A stretch of 63,577 nucleotides of DNA, counting the filler, from Dicyema japonicum (taxonomy: Eukaryota; Animalia; Dicyemida), in the NCBI GenBank assembly GCA_011109175.1. It is 8 parts of 8 records of this genome, joined end to end, with 100 filler letters (N's around TTAATTAATTAA, not from the genome) between each part and the next. Parts side by side here need not be neighbours in the genome. Positions count along the whole stretch, not along the records: positions 1 to 27,498 come from RDEW01000028.1; 7 more parts are not named here. One strand, 5' to 3'. Below, one piece after another: positions 12,215 to 25,320 of the stretch (its first letter is position 1; each line of letters begins with the position of its first letter). Both the position numbers and the translations under genes were made by a program. Below the pieces are notes generated by a model, which saw nothing but the letters and a program-made list of their open reading frames with translations, ran no database searches and was not told the origin of the DNA.

Positions 12215-15200
12215 TTATTTATCTTTAATATATTCATTCGCCTCTAAATTGAATTCTTCACAAGTCATGTTATTCAGTATTTGAATTTCTTTCTCCAGTT
12301 GGGGGACATCTACCACACCCGACATTCCCTCTTTTTTCAAAATCTCAAGTTATAAACAATCCAAACCTTATCGATGAGCAAAGCACAACTACTAGCCCGC
12401 TTATATCTAACCGGAGAGTCTTGACAATCTGTCGTCATTGACCTTTGATAGTTCATTTGCTCTGTTTCAGGCCTGTTTTTTTAGTTCGTAAATAATGCAA
12501 CATCTTAACATCCTGAATGAACATTGAGTCGTTTTTAGGCCAAATTGGACGCTTTGTAGATGGCTCAGTGACATTCATTGTCACTATTTGACTGCGGCAC
12601 ATTGGTAGAGTCAATTCGAAATCATTACAAGGTTCGTCTCTGGACTGAATTCCCTCCTTTTCCTTATCATTTTTTTAAATCAACCAATTTCTTGTCAGTT
12701 TTGATATGATCAGAAAATTTTCTGACGATTTCTGTCCCCACTTCGATAAGACTCCTAAATCCGGCCTGAATTGTGCTGGGATTATCTTTCAGAGTTTTTT
12801 TCCTTTTTCTAAAATTCCGAAAGTAGTCTTGAATTAGAATGTGGCGTATAGTTTGCCGACAGTCGTTTCATTCGATGCTATTCGAATAAAGACCAGCCTG
12901 ACTTGTTGGGGGATTATATCATCGAGTTCACTTGCCTTTGTTTTTTTCCAAATCTTGTGGATTATATTCTTCAAATCTGAATTGTTCTGGTGCAGTATTC
13001 CTACCATTAGTCAAACGTCCAACCTTCTGTTTTTATTTTAAGAGATGTCCTCACTAGACCGAAGAGGGTTGCGTTGAATTGGACAGTTCCATCATTCAAC
13101 AGAGGCATATTCATCGAAACTAATTTCTGAAATATAAAAATATAGCAAGTACTAAATATGCATTTCTATGAGGGCATAATCTCCCAAAACCCAACGGCGG
13201 TGATATTTGTCGTAATAAACTAACCAATTCGATATGTTTTATCACTCCTCTACAAATAAACCACAATCAAACGTTGCATCGGGGTCATACTCGGACCACA
13301 CTTTGACAAACTCCTCTAGGTGGTGGGGGCCCAAAATTGACCAATCACGTGTCAAGTAATCAAAATTGTCAATAATGACAGCAACAAACAAGTTGATTCC
13401 CTAAACTACAATTCATAATCCAACCAGAAATGAGCAGATTAGAGAAAAACTGATAAAATATAAATAAGCAAACGAAGATCCACAAATTTCTCCATTTCCA
13501 ACCCTTTCATCGCATTTGACGTGTTCTCCTGGGATGCAATCCAACATTATTTCCTGCCAAGCTTCTCCTGTCACTACCCTGGCACGTGAATGTTGTCTAT
13601 ACCGAAAAAGTAAAAGTAGAGACTGAGGAAATGACTGGAAATTGTTATTTCTGGTAATGTAAGTATCCTCGTTGGTGGCGATTGAACCGAAGAGTTGACT
13701 GCCGATGATTGCATAAATAAAGAACATCATTGCAATCAGTATTCCAATGTATGGAAGTGACTGAGGACATTGAGGAAGGCACATACCTGAAACGACTTAA
13801 CAAAAGTCCACAATAAAGTTCGAATTCCTTCTCCACGACTCAGCATTTTAATTAGCCTCATAGCCCGGAAAAGTCGAAAAAATTTATTGACATAGTTTTT
13901 TTGTTGCTAAAATAATTAAAAAATACAGTCAATTCAAAAATTATGTCCACATAGCTTCCTAAGATTATCACAAAGTCAAAAAAATTCCACATATCCGTAA
14001 AATAGTTCTAAAACGTGAATAAACCTGCTTAACCTTCACTCCAAACCCAACCAATCTAAGGAAAAATTCGACAGTAAATAAGGCTGTAAAGGCAATGTTC
14101 AAAAAGTCCAAAATTCTTCCATATTCGTGACTTTGTCCTCGATACTAGAACATACAAAAATGCCAAATTTACTTTCATTGCTAGTATGACAGTGTTCAGT
14201 ATGATTAGTCCAAATATAACGTATTCAAATGGTTTTGAAACAACAATTCTCCACACTAAACGTTGGTACCTTCCCTTGGGGACGAATCTCCTTACAGGCT
14301 TCACCTTGAGGCATAATCAATGCATTTCCTCTATCCAAATCAGAAATTAAAACAACTGTGTTTTTATCGAGTTCGCAGTTTTGGAACTCCTTTTCTCCTT
14401 CATGTTGGAACGTCACAATAACAAACCCAACAAAATATTAACCATAAAGAACACAGTGACGATAATATATATTACGTAATAGAGTGTCACTATTTGCTGG
14501 TGGTTTATACTGCGGACCAACTCCGACTTGAGTTGAATCAACAGAGTTGTACAAAATTCTACAAATTTAACTCAATAAACCAACCCAGGCCATCCTTCAA
14601 ATGTGGTGACCACAAATAAGGTCAGCATTCCATTGAGGACATTGTCAAAATTCAGTTCGAGGTTTATCCACAGTCTCTCCCGAAGGACAGGATCACTGTG
14701 TAGTTTTCGTAGTACAGGAAATGACCACTAAGGAAATAAGTACAAGTGAATACAGGCAGTCAGACTTGCTCAACTTGGAAGGGTCTGTGCAGTAGAAGAA
14801 TTTACCCTGAAAGTAAAGCGAGGACACAACCTTAAACAACTGAACTCCGATGCAAGCAAATATAAATTGTAGCAAAAAAGTAACCAAAATTATACTCCAA
14901 ATGGTTTTAACTGCCACAACTACACATTGGACAGCATTCTAAATATATTAGTCATGCTTATTACTTTTAGTCTTTTTGCTCTGTTTACTGCTCGTAGTGG
15001 TCTTAATACTCGCAATACTTTGACCGAATTTATTACTCCTCCACTTGGAGTTACCCAAAGATCGAACCTCATGAAGATTGCCACGTTGGAGACTACGATG
15101 ACGAACAAATCGAGTAAATTGAATATGTCTCTACAGAACGATCCCGTGTGGACTATGAACCCAACCGCAATGACCTTCACGTAAACATGAAAACTCACTT

Positions 15201-17870
15201 GAGGATAATCTCGATGGTGAAGATCAAACTAAACAAATAGTCAAAATATCGAAGAATCTAAGACTATAATCCGCCAAAATAAAACTTTGTTCATGAAATT
15301 ATTTCGGTTGATTGGGTCTTCCAAGGCAAGGGTGAGACTGGAGAGTAAAATGGAGATTAAAATAAAATTTTCAAAATATTTATTTCTCACAAGTCTAAAA
15401 CAAAATTTACGAAATCTATTCTTTATTAATAAATTTATACTTGTTATTCGGGAAAATAAACAGTGAAACGAACGGGGGATAGTTTTTTCTCTCTGGATTA
15501 TGTCTTGAGGACTCTCGTTGATGACATGTCGTTGTTCTGGAAATAATCAATATTGTTTGTACGGTTTTATTTTCTTTGATTTTTGCGTCTGACTCAGTTT
15601 GCATCTCAGTAAAATTATCCACGGCGATTGCAAGAAATAAATTCAGTAGTACATCTTAGTATTAAAATACAAAAATTGATACAATTCCGCATATAAATAA
15701 TACCACAAAGTAAAGTGCTACCAAAGCTCCTGAAGAATAAATTCCTCCGTAGCTGTTGATTCCTGCATACATGACAACATTCCAGTCTTCCCCGTCAATA
15801 TCTGGAATACTGTTGACTACCAACCTGAAACACGGTTATCAGAGCCTGCCAAATTCCATCAAAATTGCTCCGAATTTTCCCGAGACTGTCCAAACGCCCT
15901 CCAAAGAGTTGCATTCCAAGTAAGAAAAAATCGTGATCAAAAGGAATAAAAGCAGCAAAAGACTTGCTATGGACTTGAGACTGCTCACCAAAGGACATTA
16001 CAAGACTTCCGCAGTGGTGCCCAATACCTGGAAATACAAAAATAAAAATACCTTGTCACTTTGAAGACCCGAAGGAGTCTGGTAGCCCGTAATATGCTGA
16101 GTCCCAAAGGACTCATCACGTGGAATTTGGACAGAAATAGTTCTCCAATGCTACAAATCATGACGACCAAGTCAAATCGGTTAAAGTAGGATGTAAAATA
16201 TTCATTAGTTTCCTAGTCCGTACATTTTAAACAACATTTCAAGTGCAAATACAGTGACGAAAAACATATTTCCGATCTCTAAAACAATTTTCGGAAGATT
16301 TCATGACCTTGCAATTCTGTCAGCCACTCAGGTTCTCCGTGGTGATTAAACGAGATTAGACACGTGTTTAGAAACACCAAAACAATAATCAGCCAATGAA
16401 AAGCCTGCGATTTGACTACAATTTAATTTTTTTCCGAAAATTGTGATTTAGCGTCGACAATAAAGAACTAAAATTTGTCAAAATTGGTCAGTAAAAACAA
16501 TATTTCGCTAATAACAAAATTCCAGGTCACTTCAGGTGTCTTGAGTGAGCCTTAAATAGTACGAATAAATATAACCGTATGTCTGAGCATTTCGCTTTAA
16601 AAAAAATTTGAGTCATTTCGATTCGATCTAAACTGTCAAGAAATGAAAATATAAAACTTCCACAACGAATCCATTCGATGTAGTTATCGTGCATTTTTTG
16701 TCTATTTTTGATTTCCTTTTGTTTTAGATAATTCCCCCTCATTCTTTGTTTCCCTCTTTCCTTGGAGAATTCTCTGCCATAATTACCACTAATAACAACC
16801 CACTGAGGACTCCGAGAATCAAATTGAGTACAAAAAATGACCCAATTATGATCAAACTGACAAAGTAAATCCACGGCCACGAATTTCCATAAACATCGTC
16901 CAGCTTTGAGGGCTAAGGAATATAACCAACTTACACTATAGAGAATGTCAGTCCATCCTTCCATGGTTATACACTGAAAGACTGTCAGCATAGAAAGGCC
17001 AATATTGTCGAAGGTTGAGATTTCAAAATTTGGTCCATCCCAGTCGTTGTAACAAACTAAGCCAGAAGGACAGCTATAGCCGTTTCTATTGGGATCACAA
17101 GGCCTTAAGGCTCCAATTTGTTCTAGATTAGATTAATTGGTCGTTTCACTTGTAATGTTATTCCTACAAACGTTGTGAAGTCCAGTGGAGAATATTTCCA
17201 TTCCAATGATTGCATAAATTAACACCACAAAGATCACCAAAAGCAAAATGTGAAATAAAGGAAACATTGACCGAATTATGGAATTGACGATAACCTGCAG
17301 ACCTGAGTAGTTAGCTAATATGATAGTACAAACTTGGTAGTCCTGATACCAAACGAAGTGGCCGTAAAACTCTGAATGCTCTTAAAGATTTTACATCAAA
17401 AATCTCAGTTTCAAGTGTGGAGACAATTGCACTTACAATTCTAAAATAAATAAAATGACCAAAACCCCATCAATACAATGACAAAATCCAAAATATTCCA
17501 ACTGTAACTGAGGTAGGAGTTCTCCGTAAATATGAAACCCAATGCGATTATTTTTATTATTGCTTCAAGAGAAAACAAAACAACAAAAACATATTCGATT
17601 TGTTCCAAAATGATATTTGTGGAATTTGTGTCTTCGTTAGGGACTGGTGTGTTCATTGCAAGTAAAATGCAGTTTACGATTATTGAAATCAACACAAAGT
17701 ACTCAAACGGTTTTGAATCAATCACTTTTAGACACCATTTCCTCACCGCGTTATCCGGGCCGAAGCAAAATAACGATTTTGTTACTATTTCTGAAGCCAA
17801 CTTTCTTTTTATGATTTTCCAGGACTTTTTTTGCAATTTTACGAAACTTCTCATTATCGCTTAGCATTTC
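12215..17870 (-). CDS. CACNA1 (Cav1): Voltage-gated calcium channel alpha-1 subunit, L-type (Cav1)
   Basis: Four repeats with EEEE filter (TMEGW, TGEDW, TTFEGWP, TGEAW), AID-like EFSKERGK...NYIEWI, III-IV linker [20 protein letters not shown] motif [28 protein letters not shown] and the IQ sequence favour Cav1 over Cav2. Many 24-31 nt introns; start codon uncertain. Confidence 0.97.
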
Positions 17871-18072
17871 TGACGGAAAATTACTGTCAGCTTAAAAAGG
17901 ATATCAAATCCGCCGTGATTTGATTGATTCAAAGTCATTATGTAAATCTTTCATTTATATAGTGCCAGTCTTTGATATATACTACAATCAGATCACTTAA
18001 GTCCTTCCATCAATCAAAAGAACCAGAAATTAGATCTATTAATAAATTGAATAAACGTCCGATAAACAATGA

Positions 18073-18101
18073 TTATCTGTCTCTTTATAATATATTATTA
18101 T
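18073..18101 (+). repeat. Left copy of the ~28-bp direct repeat flanking the R4-like LINE (putative TSD)
   Basis: TTATCTGTCTCTTTATAATATATTATTAT versus TTATCTGTCTCTTATAATATATTGTTAT at 21703-21730. Confidence 0.75.
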
Positions 18102-21100
18102 AATTGTTTTTTATACGCTATTTAATTAAGATTTTCACTCTCTGTTAGATCTCTCCTCCTTTTAGGGAGAATTTGCTACTAGTTCCTCACTCTCCTCGGT
18201 CTCTATCTCTCCTCCGGACAAAGTTGTTATATGTCCCATAGCTTCAATTGAAGTGTCCCAACAGCATGCCAGTTCCACAAGTTGGTCGTTAGCAGAGATG
18301 TATTCTTCACCAGATACCTTCATCTCATGCTTGTGTTCAATTAACATACTTTCGAGAGTTCTTTTCAGTACAACGGATTGGATGTAAGTTCTCGTTGCTT
18401 TTTCAATGGTTATTTTATCCATGTAATTTTTAAAGCATTTCGAGACAACTCCATCCCACGTCAAAACCACCGGAATAGTTTTCACCTGTGCTTCATAGAG
18501 TATCGAAAGTTCATTTGCCAGTAGATCATACTTGTGGACTTTCTCGATTTCGACTTGTTTGAGGCGGTCTTGTGATGTAATGCCCACCTCGATTAAAGTT
18601 ATTTCGTGCTTCATTTTGTCGTAGACAAAAATATCAGGTTTGTTGTATTGAACTTTTGTTTCTGTCATAATTGACATATCAACTCGGATTTCAACATTCT
18701 GCGTCGATATTATAGACTGAACCGAGTGAGCCTTTATCTTTCTTTCCATTTTTAATACCATAGACTCGACACAAATGTAGATGGATACACCTTACAACTT
18801 CGTTGTGTCTTCGAAGATAGTCACTGTTTAACATTTTACCACACTGGGTGGCCAAATGGTCGACAGTTTTCCTGTTTTTTTTGCAGTGATTGCATAAAGA
18901 CCCCATGGATGCGAAAAATAAATTCCTGTCCTGCAAGAGACAATACAATGCCTCACTCCGCGGCCGTTGTTTCCCTGAGATAACCACTCGGAGGACATGG
19001 CTAGGTCAACATTTTGTTCTTCCATACATTTGAAAAATACCGAATGTAGCACTTTACAATTGATGTTTTTAAGCAAATATTTTCTTTGAGCATCTTTGAT
19101 AAGCTCAACATCCATATTCTCCATGTCGAGAATTGCATACTTGGAGGCGAGAAATCCTGCAATTGTAGCTAAGTGCCATTTATTTGATTTTATCACTCGC
19201 AGGATTCCCGACCTCCGTAAGCATACTGTCGACTGTCTTTCTAAACTTTTCAGGAACTGGAGGAGCATCAGTTCACTCTTGAAAGAAACCGAAGCAAGTC
19301 CCCTCCCCAAAGACTTCCGGTTTAGATATAACCTCTCTTTATTTGCAGGTTTGAGATGCAGTCTGAGAGTCGTTAGGAGTTGTCGTATTTGAAGGTCAAT
19401 ACAATCAAATTCATGAGGCTCAATATTGATAAGTCCAATGTAATAGTTGTATAAGGAAATGGCATATTCATTTATAGCATGGAACAAGTTGACCGAATTT
19501 AGCTTTGTGCTTGAAAGCATGGTTATCCTTTTTTAACATTCTCAAGGATGGAATCCATAACTTTACTCTTGAGGACATTACTTCCTTCATCCTCAAATAC
19601 ACCCAAATAACGATATCCTTTGACTCCTTCCAACGTCTCACAACAAGATAACGATTTAACATTAGACGCTGACTTTTCTGAATTCATCTCCAAACCAACA
19701 ACTTTGAAGAATCCATCAACAGCTTCCATCATTTTAATTAATACATGTTCTTTAAGGGCGAATATCTTTAGATCGTCAATGAAGAACAAATGATTCGTAC
19801 AGTAAGACAGCATATTTGGGTCCTCCTGATTAATCTGGATTTTTGGAAACATGGAATTAAGGATCCTGCTCAGCGGGTCCATTACCATAACAAATAGTTG
19901 TGGGGATAATGAGTCTCCCTGTAGAATTCCCCGGCCCAGCTTTACAGAACCGATTCTTCTTCCGTCAATATGGAGCTTCACAGTCCACATTTGTACAATA
20001 CTTTTCACAAAGTTTACAATCCAAACAGGTATCCCCGAACAATCCATCACATGAAATAAAAATTCATGGTCAACAGAATCAAATGCCTTCTTGACATCAA
20101 CCCATGCAGAGTATAGCCCATTTCCATACTCTTTATTTAGGCACTGGTTAATAAGGGCCTGCTCTTTAGCACCCTGACACTGTCTCCTCGTACCAAGTTG
20201 ATTGTCAGAAATTAAGCCAAATGCATCCACGAACTCGGACAATTTGCCATTAACACACTTGGTAACTAACTTATAAAGTGTCGGCATGCATGTTATAGGG
20301 CGTAAATCTTTCGGTGTCTCACAATCATTTTTTTTAGGGATTAGGTATGTTATCCCAGTATAAAACCAGCTTTCTGGAATGTAGTCCCCATTGATTATTC
20401 TGTTGATTTCAACACATAGGAATCCGTGTAGGGATTCCAATCTTTTTACGAAGAAATTATATATTCCGTCGCATCCAGATGCCTTCCAGTCAGGGAGATA
20501 TTTAATAATCTCCATTATGTAACTGTCTGTGACATCTGGACACATGTCTTCGCCGCCAGTTGTTCTTTTACTAACAATGTCCGGCGACACGGATATATCG
20601 TGCTTTTTGCTCCAGACTTTTTCCCAAAACGACATACACTCCTCATCATCAAAAGCATATGACGTCACTTCATTGCTCCCTGCTAAATTTCTGTAAAATC
20701 TTCTCCTGTTTAGTTCGAAGCAAACATTATCTTTACGGAAGTCCTTCCTTGAGTTATACATAGATATTTGTTTTTTCTTAATTCTGATCAGATCATGCAG
20801 CAAAGATTCAATCCTTGTAAGCTCTCCTTTTTTGGACTTTTTATATCCGTAACGACATAGAACATCCATCACATTTTGTTTTTCACTTCGAGGCATAGCT
20901 TGCCTTATGTAACAATTTACAAGTTCCAGTTCTGCAGATAATTTTGAAATCTTCGCCTCGGTATCGCCCAGCCATGTGGTCTGTGGCTTAACTTTTTTAG
21001 TTAAAGCTGAATAGGCACACTGGGCAGCATACAAAATATCACAAATAACATTGATATCTTGAGGAGGATCGTCTTTTGTGATATAATATATCGCAGAATT

Positions 21101-21702
21101 TAATCCGAATAAAATATCAGCTTTAACATACTTCATTGGAATTTTTTGGGTAGGCTTGCGAGCCTCCCTCGGTATTGATTTAATTTCGCTAATTTGGAAA
21201 TTAAGCTCTTCTAAGCACTTTCTGAAATTGGAAATTTCTACTTGCTTCCTTATGGGGCTTTGCTTCCTTTTACCTCCTTCATTAATGTTTCCATCTATTG
21301 GATTGAGTCTGGCCATATTTTTCAGTCCGCTAAGGCTCGTACTCTTCGAAAATTTTGTGTTGAACTTTTCAAGGATGAGATTCCAGCCACCTCTAGGTAT
21401 TCTCCCCAATCTTTGTTTTGTGGCATAAACAATCTGTGACACCCATTTAGTCTCGGAGACACAATTGACATCTTCAATAATGGCGGAGAGGGAGTGAAGG
21501 TTAGTTGGGGTAGCACGACTTCCAACTGTAGGATCACTGTTAATACTAGTCCTTGTGACGTTATCCAGCCCCAGAGACAACATTCCTGCATCCACTATAC
21601 TGTTTTTATTATTTGATTCTGCAGGAAGGCCCATGGGATTCGATTTCTTCTTATCGATAAAAACGGACATGCACAACACCACAACAACAATTTTTTTTTT
21701 TT
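18102..21702 (-). mobile_element. Near full-length R4-clade (REL-type) non-LTR retrotransposon
   Basis: RT (GILQGDSLSP, LFFIDDLK), CCHC finger (CNHC...HLATQC), PD-(D/E)xK nuclease (KPDIFVYDK...LIEVGIT). Four ORF pieces join into ~1169 aa from ATG 21670 with three 1-bp corrections. Confidence 0.92.
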
Positions 21703-21730
21703 TTATCTGTCTCTTATAATATATTGTTAT
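21703..21730 (+). repeat. Right copy of the putative TSD of the R4-like LINE
   Basis: Matches 18073-18101 with one substitution and one indel. Confidence 0.75.
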
Positions 21731-22699
21731 CTTTACACTTTTCATATTATTGTTTAAACATTTACACAAGATTACTGAAAGGTAAGCTCTCTTGAGGATT
21801 CCAAAATATTTTCTTACAATATTTTCGCCTATTAATGACTAGAAACTATTTTAGAAAGTAAGATGGCCCAGTAATGTAGCTCTAGCGAATGGATACAAGA
21901 ATGAAATCTCAAAATGAATATTTGTCCCAAAAAAAGTTTCAACCAATTTATAAAGCCTAAGTTATTCGATTATCTGATAGTATTTCAGATATTTTATAGT
22001 GTTTAAGTATATTTTGAGTTTTTTCTATTCTTTGCATTCGAATAGGACTTAGTGGATTTTGTTCTAAAAGAATTAAAATGACGTATTCTAGTTCAAAAAG
22101 CAATATTAGACACCGTGTGACTTCTAAAAAACTATTATTTGATTGGACTCCTCATATTACAGAGAATGAATAGGAAAATTAATCAATCAATAAGAATACA
22201 CTATTTATTCTTTTAATGTGTCTTCGTTAGGGGCTGAGGCCTTCTAGCTGAAGAGTTTGCTATGGATGTTGGACGAGTCCTTCTGTCACGACACAGTTGT
22301 ATAAAGGGAATCCTCCACTTTCCAGATCCGTTGAAACTTTGCGTTATGTTGTCCACCAAGTCCGTTGGAACTTTCAATTGGATTTGGAAACGTTCAGAGG
22401 GCACCTAGTGCCCATCAAAAAAGGACCGCTAGAACTCTGAACCCGGGGACATCGTCGTCCCAGGACAATGTACTTTGCGCAGGATCGAACCTTCCCGGAG
22501 GATCTCCGTCGCTTGCGAAGTGCATCGGGATCGCGGGATTATAATTAATTGGTTTTACCGTGGTCTTTTGGTCTAATAAATGTCTCTGTTTTATTGCATT
22601 GTTCAAGATTTCTTTCAATTTTGTTTATAATAGGCATTGATTCACCGTCTAAGGTTTTTCCCTGATAAAAATAATTTTTTAATCAGCAATACATCTCTA

Positions 22700-23240
22700 G
22701 CCTCATTATAAGTCACTTCAAGACTGATTTAAACTCAATCTGATTTGAATTATTTTGAAAAGAATTTTCAACTGGCACTAAAGATTCATAAACTTATTGT
22801 CTATAATCTTCCATTAAAATATCATTTTTATTATATCCCTATCTAGAAATTCTTTTTCAGTCATATGATCTGCAATTCGATAGTCCCTAACAAATGGATC
22901 TATTGAATCCATTCTAAATTCTTTTTAAGACAACTTGTTCGATAGAATTTCCCTTCCAATTTGAATGTAAAAAAAATTTTGGATTATAACTTGACTAACT
23001 TCATTCCACGTTAAATGTGCATAAATAAGCGCATCTTTTACAGTCAAACTTTTATAAGTATCAAAGGTTTTGATTCCGATTCTATTTTATCCCAAATATT
23101 CTACGACTCATTCAAAAAGGGGGATTTAAAACTTTTAATTACACCTTGATCTAAAGGCTCTAATCTATAATTAGAGTTTAAGGGTGAAAACATAATTTCG
23201 ATGCTTTTTAACTGCACTGTCACTTTCTCAGGTTGAGTGG
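22700..23240 (-). pseudogene. pogo/Tigger DDE transposase remnant
   Basis: EPLDQGVIKSFKS motif (QPLDQGVIxSFK of DDE_1); heavily interrupted. Confidence 0.6.
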
Positions 23241-23653
23241 GTACTCAGGCCGTATATGAACACTGCCAAGAAACGACTCTTTCTTAGTCAATAAACTTGC
23301 TTTTTATATGAAATAATTTCTTTCTTTTTTTCTATTTAAATATGCAGAAAAAACATGGAAGCGTTCCTATGGAGAAAAGCCTGACTAAGAATCCCAGGAT
23401 ACACACGAATCTGGATTGTAGATACGCTCCTCGACAAAAAAATGATTCAAAATCAAATTTTCCTTTTTCTTTGAAAATTTGATAAATATAATAATTTCGA
23501 AAAAAAATTCAAGTCAATTTTGCAATTACGAACTTCAAATTTACAAGTAAAAACTTCACATTGCAACCGCAAAATTCAAACTGACAAGTACAAACTTCAA
23601 ATTGCATTTTTTTTTAAGCACAAATTGTCAATTATTCAAAAAAAGGAAATCAA

Positions 23654-24660
23654 TTAATTCAGATTAGTCGCCGAGCGGATGGACAGGCAATTTCCACGTA
23701 ATATCGCGAGCGAAATCCGTTGGAAAAGCCAGCTCGTTTCGCGACTGTCGTGACTCCTCGAGATGATTAAACCAATCTCTGAGAGGAGTTTGATGGCTTT
23801 TTGGCCAATTACCCCACTGGTTTCGAAAGCCAGGGGGACGAAGAGACAAGTGTCTGCCAAGGAAGCATACTTCGCGATTTTCTTGGTTTCAGCAAGACCG
23901 GAGGCAGACCCAGGCGACAGGCAGAGTCCATGAGCGATGATGGCGAAAACGAGTCGACACAGGTCACATCCCACACGAGAGCAAGTCCCATCTTGAACGA
24001 AGAATANAATCAAGGTCAAGTGAGCACCACGTACGGCAGGCAGAGGAGTATTCCGAGAGCTCGTTAAGTTCGAGAGAAGGAGGAAGAACTGAGCAAACGG
24101 AATTTCTGGAAGCCGACGTGGAAGAAAGATAGCACGGCAGGGCCAGGTCCCCACCAGAGCGGATTCCGATCTTCCCGAAACGTGTAGGTAAACTAGCACG
24201 GGTAAAACCATCACGAGTGATCCTCGAATTGAGGTGGAATGTTAACGATTGGCGGACAAGATTGTCAATTCTGGATAATGAATCTGCGGCAGCGAAACAC
24301 GGGGAAGAACGGAGAATGTAGGTCAGTCTGGGGACGAAAAGAAAGTTCTTCACTAGAAAAACGCAAGATGAGCCCACGGATCCGATCAGTAAGTAGTTTA
24401 ATTTCGTCCCATTTAAACGATAAAACTTTTTCTATACCATCGGCGGAAATTGGAAAGCCCAAGATAACTAAATCGCTGGTGTGCGTAAACCTTAACCCAA
24501 CGATCAGGCTGCTGAGAGAGGAGAATGTGTTGCAGAGAGGGCAAACAAGAATGGGCCCAGTAGGTCACCCTGCTGAATGCCGCATTCAGACATGATAATC
24601 TGCACCGGGAAACGTCTTGATAGCAGTTAGGGAACTCTTCCATCGGTTACTACATAAAAT
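23654..24660 (-). mobile_element. CRE-clade LINE, 3' portion (RT C-terminus plus REL nuclease)
   Basis: ASLPTRFGKIGIRS, LVWDVTCVDS, FVPLAFETSG, FQRISLAILRGN. Confidence 0.9.
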
Positions 24661-24664
24661 ATAG

Positions 24665-25320
24665 TCAATCTGATTTCTGGTTTTTTCCGTCAGGAGAAGT
24701 CCATGTATATAATCTTCTCTTATGCTGTTGAAACCAAGTATTTGCAATTCGGAACTGATTTTCTTCGCAGAACTGAAGTTACCAACTTTTGCATTGAAAT
24801 CGCCCATTATGTAAATTACGGCATTCTTTGGCGTATTACGGAAAGCATCCTGGAGCTCACCATAGAAAGCATTAATTTGATATTCGGTTGCCGCAGTAGT
24901 GTGACAATAAACTTGAATAAATGTAAGATTCAGTGGTTTCCCATGAACGTAAATAAGAATAATACGATCGCTAATAATTGTATGACTTTCAATGGAATGG
25001 GAAATTTTGTTTGAAGTAATGAAAGCAACACCATTCCTTTTCAAGCACTCATTGCCAGAATAGTAGATCTTGAAATCATCAGACTGGAAACAACCATTAT
25101 CTTTCCAGTGGACTTGACTAGCAGGTCAATATTTAAGCGACGCATTTCAGATTTAACAATATCCAGTTTACCGGTAAGTCCTCTTACATTCCACGTTGCA
25201 ATATTAAGATCATCAGTGATACGAACATTGCAGGAGGATTCGTGAACAATTTGAAAAAAGAATTTTCTTGGCAACAAGATGATAAGGGGTAGGGTGCCAG
25301 GTCTTTCCCCATATTAGATT
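24665..25320 (-). mobile_element. RTE-clade LINE 5' portion (AP endonuclease)
   Basis: NIATWNVRGL, KRNGVAFI, IIS DRII, IQVY..T, IMGDFNAKVG, NQIDYIL; 5' UTR-like CTTGTTGCCAAGAAAA. Confidence 0.87.

Noticed and set aside
14927-17864. Plus-strand ORFs opposite Cav1 (and similar antisense ORFs opposite the Helitron, R4, RTE and CRE elements)
   Set aside because: Shadow frames of minus-strand coding sequence with no independent motifs
21707-21718. CTGTCTCTTATA, identical to the start of the Nextera mosaic end
   Set aside because: Diverges after 12 nt (no CACATCT) and a variant occurs at the other end of the LINE as part of the flanking duplication
21671-21769. N-terminal extension of the 748-aa ORF (MCKCLNNN...KKKKIVVVVLC)
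   Set aside because: It reads through the flank, the duplicated 28-mer and the poly(A); the element ORF more plausibly starts at 21670
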